A DNA stretch of 64,000 nt from Candidatus Omnitrophota bacterium (GTDB lineage Bacteria > Omnitrophota > Gorgyraeia > Zapsychrales > Zapsychraceae), in NCBI GenBank assembly GCA_050250375.1, contig JBFWOS010000002.1, positions 773,149 through 837,148 of the forward strand, written 5' to 3'. The translations under genes and the position numbers were made by a program. Positions within the stretch are counted from its first letter, which is position 1; each line of letters begins with the position of its first letter. This document shows, piece after piece, positions 56,659-64,000 of this stretch. The notes beneath the pieces are model-generated. The model had not been told where the DNA came from. It saw only the letters and a program-made list of their open reading frames with translations, and searched no databases.

Positions 56659-57552
56659 TTATAATTTTACGGGTATACGGGCGAGGATATTGGCAATATT
56701 GTCTTTAAAAGATTTCCAGTCCAGGATATCAGTCTTGACTTCACCTTCTTTGTCCGAAAATATAATTTCTCCTTTGGGAAGGCTGATCATTTTAATTTCA
56801 ACATCAGCAAAACTATTTTCGGTAATCGAATAAAACAGTCCGCGTTTGGCGATATAACTCTTGATATAGATATACATGACGGTATCCACGTCCGGTGGAA
56901 TCAGACTTCTGGCCTCGAGCGTTTTGGTAATCAGAGGATCCGGCTCTTTAGGCCCGGACGATTGAACCGCTGGCTGCAGCAATTCAATTTTTTTCCCGTG
57001 TTTATCGGTTACCGTCATATTTCCCGACGCGAAGATGCTTTCAATCAGTGACTGCACAATCGCCGCACCGGCGTCGTTGGTTTGGTTTATCGAACCGGAT
57101 GGATGCAGGAATTCCTGAACAGCGGATTTTACCAGTTGATCTTCGGCAACGTTACTGTCTAAGGCTGAGAATTCCTTTTCATAGGCTTTAACCCCGTATC
57201 CCCGCTTGGACAATTCGTCTTTCAGCAAGACACTGATCCTGATTTTTGTATCCATTAATCGTTCACGCAGGTCGGAGGCTGTGATTTTCAGGCCGGAGTC
57301 AATCGTTACTTCGGTGACAACCGGCATGATATAAATCGATTTAACCATCTGATGGTCCAGAAAAACATCACTTCGCATGTACGGGCCGGAGGCACAGCCG
57401 GCTGTTAGAATCAACAATCCAAACAACAACGCTAAAGGTTGTAAAGAAAAATTAAAAAATCCGGAGATGTTCGTGAAAAAATTGGCAAAAGCCATGCGGG
57501 CAACCCACAAAAAATGAAACAAAAAAAGCGGAATTTTGGAAAAACAATTCAT
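56659..57552 (-). CDS. Hypothetical lipoprotein
   Basis: CAGGAG RBS; lipobox LTAGC at ~residue 53; I.IMPV pattern typical of alpha/beta lipoproteins. Confidence 0.7.
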   Translation of the reverse strand: MNCFSKIPLFLFHFLWVARMAFANFFTNISGFFNFSLQPLALLFGLLILTAGCASGPYMRSDVFLDHQMVKSIYIMPVVTEVTIDSGLKITASDLRERLMDTKIRISVLLKDELSKRGYGVKAYEKEFSALDSNVAEDQLVKSAVQEFLHPSGSINQTNDAGAAIVQSLIESIFASGNMTVTDKHGKKIELLQPAVQSSGPKEPDPLITKTLEARSLIPPDVDTVMYIYIKSYIAKRGLFYSITENSFADVEIKMISLPKGEIIFSDKEGEVKTDILDWKSFKDNIANILARIPVKL

Positions 57553-57580
57553 GCCAGTTCTCCTGACAGAAACCGATGAA

Positions 57581-59971
57581 TTATTTCACATCACAAGTAC
57601 GCATATCGTCAAACGATTTAAAAATAAATACTAACGCAACCGCCAGAAATATACAGGCTAGAATCAAAGACATACTCCGGCTTAATTCGATGGCGATTTC
57701 AATCGCCAGCAGACCGAATAGGGTTGTGAATTTGATCACCGGGTTAATCGATACGGATGAAGTGTCCTTGAACGGATCCCCCACCGTGTCTCCAACAACG
57801 GTGGCGGCATGCAACATCGTGCCCTTCTCTTTTAAATCGACTTCAACTAACTTTTTTGTATTATCCCAGGCCCCGCCCGCGTTGGCCATAAAGATCGCCT
57901 GGAATAATCCGAAAAGGGCGATTGAAACAAGATAACCGATAAAAAAATAGGAATCAAGGAATGCAAACGCGAGCGTGCTGAAAAATATGCTTAAAAAAAG
58001 GTTGATCATCCCCTGCTGGGCAAAACGGGTACATATATCAACGACCTTTTTGCTGTCCTCCACAGAGGCCTTATGGCCTCCCTCCAGTTTCATATTGGCC
58101 TGGATAAAATCAACGGCATGATAAGCCCCCGCGCTGACCGCATGCAGGGAAGCACCGGTAAACCAATAAATCATTGAGCCCCCCGCTAATAACCCGAGGA
58201 AAAACGGCGGATGCAGGATTGACAGTTTATCAATATTTATGGTGAGACCGTGGGTAAGAATCATGATAATCGAAAAAATCATGGTCGTCGCTCCAACGAC
58301 CGCAGTTCCGATTAATACCGGCTTGGCCGTTGCTTTGAATGTGTTGCCTGCCCCATCGTTCGCTTCGAGAAAATATTTCGCGTTTTCGAAATCCGGTTTA
58401 AACCCGTATTCTTTTTCAATCTGTTCCTTAATATTAGGAATTTTTTCAATGATCGACAATTCATAAATGGATTGCGCGTTATCCGCCACCGGGCCGTAAG
58501 AATCAACGGCGATGGTCACAGGGCCCATTCCGAGAAACCCAAACGCAACCAACCCGAATGCAAAAATGGACGGCGCGACCATATAAACATCCAGCCCCAT
58601 TGATCCAAACCCATAAGCCATTCCCATTAAAAACAAAATAACCATACCCATCCAGTACGCGCTGAAATTGCCGGCCGTCAGACCCGCCAGGATATTCAAA
58701 GATGCGCCCCCTTTCCTGGATGAATGCAGAATATGTTCAACATATTTGGATTCAACCGATGTGAAAATTTTGACCAGTTCCGGGATGACAGCCCCGGCGA
58801 TCGTGCCGCACGTAATGATCGCCGCCAGTTTCCACCAAATCGTGCCATCCCCGAGATCATGAATCAAAATATAAGACGCCGCAAAGGTCATAAGAATCGA
58901 TACAAATGAAGTAATCCAAACCAGCGATATCAAAGGCGTTTCAAAATTCATTTTGAGTTGATTGAGATAACGTTTTTTAGCCCAGGCGTCGTTAATCCAG
59001 TAGGAAATCGCACTGGCCAGTACCATCACCAGACGCATGACAAAAATCCACACCAATAATTGAACTTGAAGGACCGGATCCTTAACCGCCAGGAGGATAA
59101 ATGAAATAAGCGCGACCCCGGTGACACCATAGGTTTCAAACCCGTCCGCAGTCGGGCCGACTGAATCACCTGCGTTGTCACCAACACAATCCGCAATAAC
59201 ACCCGGATTGCGGGCATCGTCTTCTTTGATATTAAAGACAATCTTCATCAGGTCCGAACCGATATCGGCAATTTTTGTAAAAATTCCACCGGCAATGCGC
59301 AATACAGATGCCCCCAGGGATTCCCCGATCGCGAAACCGATAAAACACGGTCCGGCATAACTGCCCGGAATAAAAAGTAGTATTGCTAACATGACCAAAA
59401 GCTCTACACTGATCAATAACATCCCGATGCTCATGCCTGCCTGGAGCGGAATCGCATACACCGGGAATGGTTTCCCCTTCAAACTAGCGAACGCACAACG
59501 GGAATTGGCCAAGGTATTGATCCGCATCCCAAACCATGCCACGGAATAACTCCCGATAATCCCGATCAGACTGCAAATGAGGATCATACTGATTTTAAGG
59601 GCATCATAATGCTGCAGCCAGCCGAAATAGAGAACAATGATGATGCCGACCAGAACTTCCAGCATCAGAATAAATTTTCCCTGGGCCAAAAGATATATTT
59701 TACATGTTTCATAGATCAACTGGGAGATTTCTTCCATGGAACTGTGGACGTCCATTTTTTTGATATTTAAAAACTGGAAAATCCCGAATAGAAATCCCAT
59801 GATGCAGATAAGGATCCCCCACGTTAAAATGGTCTTTCCGTCCAACCCGCCTACAAACTTAACCTGCGTCAGATCCGGAATCAATAAATCCGCTTCGCCA
59901 GCATGGGCCGTACATACCTTTCCAAAAAATAAAGCCAGAACGGCGGCCCCATATTGGTTAATCCTTCGCAT
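57581..59971 (-). CDS. hppA: Membrane-bound H+(Na+)-translocating pyrophosphatase, divergent subfamily
   Basis: GGIFTKIADIGSDL...EDDARNP.VIADC.GDNAGD; DSYGPVADNA; GNTFKAT; GGAWDN.KK; GDTVGDPFKDT. Confidence 0.96.
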   Translation of the reverse strand: MRRINQYGAAVLALFFGKVCTAHAGEADLLIPDLTQVKFVGGLDGKTILTWGILICIMGFLFGIFQFLNIKKMDVHSSMEEISQLIYETCKIYLLAQGKFILMLEVLVGIIIVLYFGWLQHYDALKISMILICSLIGIIGSYSVAWFGMRINTLANSRCAFASLKGKPFPVYAIPLQAGMSIGMLLISVELLVMLAILLFIPGSYAGPCFIGFAIGESLGASVLRIAGGIFTKIADIGSDLMKIVFNIKEDDARNPGVIADCVGDNAGDSVGPTADGFETYGVTGVALISFILLAVKDPVLQVQLLVWIFVMRLVMVLASAISYWINDAWAKKRYLNQLKMNFETPLISLVWITSFVSILMTFAASYILIHDLGDGTIWWKLAAIITCGTIAGAVIPELVKIFTSVESKYVEHILHSSRKGGASLNILAGLTAGNFSAYWMGMVILFLMGMAYGFGSMGLDVYMVAPSIFAFGLVAFGFLGMGPVTIAVDSYGPVADNAQSIYELSIIEKIPNIKEQIEKEYGFKPDFENAKYFLEANDGAGNTFKATAKPVLIGTAVVGATTMIFSIIMILTHGLTINIDKLSILHPPFFLGLLAGGSMIYWFTGASLHAVSAGAYHAVDFIQANMKLEGGHKASVEDSKKVVDICTRFAQQGMINLFLSIFFSTLAFAFLDSYFFIGYLVSIALFGLFQAIFMANAGGAWDNTKKLVEVDLKEKGTMLHAATVVGDTVGDPFKDTSSVSINPVIKFTTLFGLLAIEIAIELSRSMSLILACIFLAVALVFIFKSFDDMRTCDVK

Positions 59972-60048
59972 AACATCCCTCCTAATTTTCTAATTAAACC
60001 GCTGCTGAATAATTAATACTTGAATCTTAACTGCTTATGAATGTTTGA

Positions 60049-60077
60049 ATTATACACATCCGACCGCGAGAAATCAA
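60049..60077 (-). promoter_or_regulatory. Sigma70 promoter of hppA
   Basis: TTGATT-N17-TATAAT with TG extension. Confidence 0.6.
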
Positions 60078-60113
60078 GGCGAGAAAATTATATCTGTTTA
60101 CAAACGCCTCGAA

Positions 60114-61154
60114 TCACAACGGCTCGAATGCCGGATCCCACCAGGATCGGGCAAAATATTTGTCCGCGCTCTCTTTTTCTATATATGTATGCGGCATCTC
60201 AAAATAATGGAACAAACGATCAAATACGTGACCAAACGCCGGATCTGAGATTTCAATCGTCGTCGCTTGAAGATGCTCCTCCAGCCATTTTTTGTACGCG
60301 TCAACCGGCTCACAACCGGCCTGCTGGAAAATCACCCGCCCCCCATACTTTTCATAAAGAGCTTTATTAAATTTCCAGGACGTTACAGTCAGCGCCGCTA
60401 CATTTTGCATGGATTTCTGCTTGATTTGAGTAAAATTCGGATGAGCTTTTTCTTCTTCTGTGCGAGTCAGTTCATCACTGATTAACTGATTTGTCACGTT
60501 CAGATATTCCATCAGCATGTTTTTTTTGTTCTCCGTGAGATCGTCCGCCTGCAACTGACGTAGAAGATCTTTACGTTGGGATTCGAGTTCTCCCAAACGT
60601 TCTTTCTCTTTTTTTGTGCTGAAATCGATAAACGCCTGGATTTCACTTTCTGTCGGTTTCAGTCCAGCCTCTTCCAATAAATGGTTTTGTGCTTCTGAAA
60701 AAATTAAATACTCAAGGGTACGGATTTGAAATTCTTCGTTCCAGTGATTAAATTCAACTTCTGTCATCTGGGCACGGTTTCTGGAAAGTATTTCCTGCGA
60801 AGGGACGATGGCGGAAGGATAAATGATCTGATCAAATATGCGGGCCACCGGTTTTTCCTGAAAAACACAGTGACGATTCCGGCATTCCGGAATTGGACGG
60901 GTCTCCATATTTCCGGGATAAGCGCATTCCACCAATTTTTGCGTTTCCCTGTAATATGTTCGGGCCTGCGGCGCATAAGACCGGTTAACGGCGCTCCAGT
61001 CACAAGCTCCTTCCACGGCAGTGCAATCTTGCGTATTTTCACAAATGGTCCAGACTCTGGTATCGACCATGACCGCCGGAACTGTTTTTGGAATTAAAAC
61101 AATACCGGACAACAAAATGAAGAGCATTAAATTCTTCACGATGGAACAACCCAT
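60114..61154 (-). CDS. Secreted hypothetical protein: Cys-rich N-domain + SurA-N-like helical domain
   Basis: Signal peptide; C....DC.....ACD..AVN...VEC...PEC....C; then GLKPTESEIQAF...WKFNKALYEKYGGRVIFQQAG. Confidence 0.7.
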   Translation of the reverse strand: MGCSIVKNLMLFILLSGIVLIPKTVPAVMVDTRVWTICENTQDCTAVEGACDWSAVNRSYAPQARTYYRETQKLVECAYPGNMETRPIPECRNRHCVFQEKPVARIFDQIIYPSAIVPSQEILSRNRAQMTEVEFNHWNEEFQIRTLEYLIFSEAQNHLLEEAGLKPTESEIQAFIDFSTKKEKERLGELESQRKDLLRQLQADDLTENKKNMLMEYLNVTNQLISDELTRTEEEKAHPNFTQIKQKSMQNVAALTVTSWKFNKALYEKYGGRVIFQQAGCEPVDAYKKWLEEHLQATTIEISDPAFGHVFDRLFHYFEMPHTYIEKESADKYFARSWWDPAFEPL

Positions 61155-61220
61155 TTTTCAAATATTGATTCTCGTTTCCGGCCAATATCCGGTTGTTTTC
61201 TTGAACTTGGCATACCCGCT

Positions 61221-61841
61221 CTAACGGCCGGAACCAAGGTCACTCGGCTCGCCGTTTTTAATTTCTCCATCAATAAATTTATCATCATTTTTCATTCGGA
61301 GGCAGGCCGTGGTGGCTTTTGACTTCATGCTTGACAATTCAAGACTCATGGCCGATCGCTCATCAGGGGTGAACCGGGCATCGTACCATCGAGGATCCTT
61401 ATGCCCGGTTGGCGGAAGCGTGTTTAACTTATTTTCCCAGGCCTCGCGTAAAACAGCTATATCCGATTCCCATTCCTTGCGTTCCTGCGCGGAAAGATTC
61501 ATGGAATTCATTTTATTTTCCATCTTATCGGCCACGATCCGCCAATACAATCCATGCACTCCAGCGAGACATTTTTGTTTTTCGTTCAACGGCGGATCAG
61601 ATTTTATCTTCTGTTCTTTCTCTAGAATGGGATTTTTCTCAATAACACTTACTGATGCGGGACTTTGTGTATTTTCCTGCGGTGTTGTAATATCTTTTTT
61701 GTCATTCGTCTGCTGGAGTTTCTGTGTGGCCGAATGGATATTGTCCATGAACCCCGCCGAAATTGTCTTTGAAGTAAATACCAATAAAATTATTCCAACT
61801 ACACCATTAATACGCAAAAACGCTGTAATCTTCATATACAT
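61221..61841 (-). CDS. Secreted hypothetical protein
   Basis: Signal peptide ..ISA-GF; start moved downstream of the terminator at 61858-61905; helical with two Cys. Confidence 0.65.
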   Translation of the reverse strand: MYMKITAFLRINGVVGIILLVFTSKTISAGFMDNIHSATQKLQQTNDKKDITTPQENTQSPASVSVIEKNPILEKEQKIKSDPPLNEKQKCLAGVHGLYWRIVADKMENKMNSMNLSAQERKEWESDIAVLREAWENKLNTLPPTGHKDPRWYDARFTPDERSAMSLELSSMKSKATTACLRMKNDDKFIDGEIKNGEPSDLGSGR

Positions 61842-61857
61842 AATCTTTTTCAACCTG

Positions 61858-61905
61858 AAAAAAGAAGAGAGACCAGATTCATGAATGACTGTCTCTGGCC
61901 TCTCC
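61858..61905 (-). terminator. Intrinsic terminator after the MORN-repeat gene
   Basis: Minus strand GAGAGGCCAGA-loop-TCTGGTCTCTC then TTCTTTTTT. Confidence 0.7.
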
Positions 61906-61921
61906 ACAAAATCCCATCTTA

Positions 61922-62737
61922 TTAATAATTTTCCTCGGACATCAATTTTCCGTCCTCGTAGTATTTTTTAACAGCCCCTTTTAAAGCTCCGTTTTCCATA
62001 GTGTATTCCATAAAAAGAATACCGTTTTCATAATATTCCTTGCTGGGACCATTTGGGACCCCGTTGATAAAAGACGTTTCCCGGGCGACCTGTCCATTCG
62101 GGAAATAACATTTCGCGGGACCGTTTTTAATGCCCATTTTGTATACAAATTCACATTTCGGAGTCGGATCATCTTCAATCACTTCAATACTTAAACCATC
62201 TCTCAAACCTTCAACATACGTTTCTTTGATCAGCAATGTCCCATCACTGTCATAAACTTCAGAAATCCCGTCTAATACCCCTTCTTTGTATGTATTTTTT
62301 TCCCGAAGTTTACCATCAGCGTATTTGATTTCATAGGCCCCGGTAAAAAGCTGGCCCTGTTCATTCAGCATTTTCCCTTCCTTGAAAGTCATCTCAGCCA
62401 ATAAAGTCCCGGTGTCATCAAATAATTTCGATACACCATCGGCCGTATTATTTTTGATATTCATTTCACTGACTAAAATTCCTTCTTGGTTCCACGATTT
62501 GCGTACGCCGTTCTCTTTACCCATAACATACGTAGTGTTATAACGGACCTGCCCGGTTGGATAATACCCCTTTGCTTCGCCGTCAAGAACCCCGTTTTTA
62601 TAATTCAATTCGCTCATCAATTCTCCGGAGGGAAAATAATCTTTAACCAGACCGTTCAACTGCTGGCTGTCAGCCGGGGAAGTAAAACCAAGCAGACAAA
62701 GAAGCATTAATAGGGGAAAAAAATGTAGTTTTTTCAT
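61922..62737 (-). CDS. Secreted MORN-variant repeat protein (YwqK-like)
   Basis: Start MKKLHFF with AGGAG RBS; repeats NG..K.YFPSG.L..E..YKNG.LDG. Confidence 0.9.
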   Translation of the reverse strand: MKKLHFFPLLMLLCLLGFTSPADSQQLNGLVKDYFPSGELMSELNYKNGVLDGEAKGYYPTGQVRYNTTYVMGKENGVRKSWNQEGILVSEMNIKNNTADGVSKLFDDTGTLLAEMTFKEGKMLNEQGQLFTGAYEIKYADGKLREKNTYKEGVLDGISEVYDSDGTLLIKETYVEGLRDGLSIEVIEDDPTPKCEFVYKMGIKNGPAKCYFPNGQVARETSFINGVPNGPSKEYYENGILFMEYTMENGALKGAVKKYYEDGKLMSEENY

Positions 62738-62924
62738 GAAGCCAATCTCCTTTTGATTACAATTTAGTAAAATTCCAGAAATCAATAAAAATGTGACTGT
62801 CTCTCCCTTCCCAGTCATGGCAGTGATTATACTGCATGCAACTGCCGCCTGCAAGGATTATGAGTACCGGATTAAAACCCTCTGGACGGATATTATCAGT
62901 TGAATCAATTTGGATTTAACGTTT

Positions 62925-64000
62925 TTAACAGCCATAATTTGTCGAAGCACTCCAGGTGCATTCACCGTTTTTAATACGATTATAGTCGTCCGCACTACCG
63001 CCCCAGTAAGCACGGCCTTCTGCGGCGTTACGTTCGTATTCCAACCGGGTGCCTTCCCCATTATCCGTTGGTTGTCCCGACTCAGCCGACCAAGACGAAA
63101 TCTCGTCATCCGGGGTCGGAGGTTGAGTCTTGCGGATTAAAGCCTGCAGGCCATAGGCTGCCTGATTCCATTGATCATTGTATTGCTCAATATACCCGGT
63201 GACGTCAAAAGTAATGATCTGGCCACTCGCGGCATCAACGGTTTTACCACCGGAACTGGCTCCGCTGTTCAGTACCCAGGCCAGAACGGGCGGGGCGCCG
63301 TTCGGATTCCAAATCCGCAGTCCGGCTTTCTTAAGCGGACCTTTCATCCCGTTTTTCCGGGCGATATTCAATGCCGTCGGCAAGTCGACAAACACCAACG
63401 GCAACTGCATCCCGTTCCAATCCAGTAAATTTTTAAATTCATGAATTTGGGAGCCCTTCTCCGTAATCAGCATCATCATACCGGTGAATTGAAAAGGAGA
63501 AACAAAAGTAATACGAATCTCAGGACCTTTCATGTTCGGGGCGTCAATCTGCTTGAAATCGACGGAAACTGGCACCGCGTCGGGCTGCCAGGCGCTGGCG
63601 CGCCTAATGGATGTCTGTATCAATTCGGGGATATCCTTCGGCAGCGCATGGATTCCATCCCGCTGCGTCGATAAGATAATTTCCCCATTTGTTTTCTTTG
63701 TCGAACGCTGCCGTGCGCGTTTCCAGGTAGCCGGCCCCATCTTTCCGGTTCCGACAAAAGTGTCCGGATTGGGCAATTGGTATTCGCCGCCATCCTCACC
63801 CCAGGTTTCGGAATAAATAGACCATGTGCCATAGGACGCACTGAAGATTCCCGAATGGATGACCTTCCCGCCAGTACTCAACTGATACGTCCCATCAGCC
63901 CGGATTTCCCAATACACAGACTGGTTGGGCAGTTGCCACGTCCCCACCAACCCCGGATCGACCAATCCATTCGCATAAACTGATGATGATAATATTTGGA
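62925..64000 (-). CDS. Secreted hypothetical protein (start lies beyond the window)
   Basis: Frame is open to the window edge (..QILSSSVYANGLVDPGLVGTW..); beta-rich N-domain; PepSY-like segment ALNIARKNG...W...TVDAASGQI; C-terminal Cys pair. Confidence 0.7.
   Translation of the reverse strand, partial: QILSSSVYANGLVDPGLVGTWQLPNQSVYWEIRADGTYQLSTGGKVIHSGIFSASYGTWSIYSETWGEDGGEYQLPNPDTFVGTGKMGPATWKRARQRSTKKTNGEIILSTQRDGIHALPKDIPELIQTSIRRASAWQPDAVPVSVDFKQIDAPNMKGPEIRITFVSPFQFTGMMMLITEKGSQIHEFKNLLDWNGMQLPLVFVDLPTALNIARKNGMKGPLKKAGLRIWNPNGAPPVLAWVLNSGASSGGKTVDAASGQIITFDVTGYIEQYNDQWNQAAYGLQALIRKTQPPTPDDEISSWSAESGQPTDNGEGTRLEYERNAAEGRAYWGGSADDYNRIKNGECTWSASTNYGC

Overview
Bacterial chromosomal window at roughly mid-GC, densely coding. 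All called genes except one (16319-17176) are on the minus strand. I found no rRNA, tRNA, CRISPR array or transposase. The gene style suggests a PVC-superphylum organism, possibly Omnitrophota-like (inference only). Left part: a cell-envelope operon (receiver, OmpA-LysM, pseudo-receiver, two peptidoglycan-binding proteins, OB-fold protein, probable lysozyme-like hydrolase) downstream of a CusRS-like two-component pair, and a TetR-otsA-otsB-GH15 trehalose cluster whose OtsA is fused to a membrane sensor/HAMP module. Middle: a GNAT-deacetylase fusion, a STAS/ion-channel/ECF-S-component fusion, and a ~2,500-aa Gly-rich, beta-repeat, LamG surface protein that appears to start at an ATT codon. Right part: housekeeping and transport genes (adh, osmC, can, pckA, trkH, a UppP-ApbE fusion, amtB-glnK, tandem yrbG, DUF368, ppa, an NSS transporter with small subunit, Rrf2-sbp-cysTWA, K+/H+ antiporter, divergent H+-PPase) and several secreted hypothetical proteins. 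The most unusual items are the sensor-OtsA fusion, the STAS-channel-S-component fusion, the UppP-ApbE fusion, the two-component-linked peptidoglycan-remodelling operon and a candidate attenuator upstream of yrbG. All domain calls come from motif recognition by eye; no database search was run.
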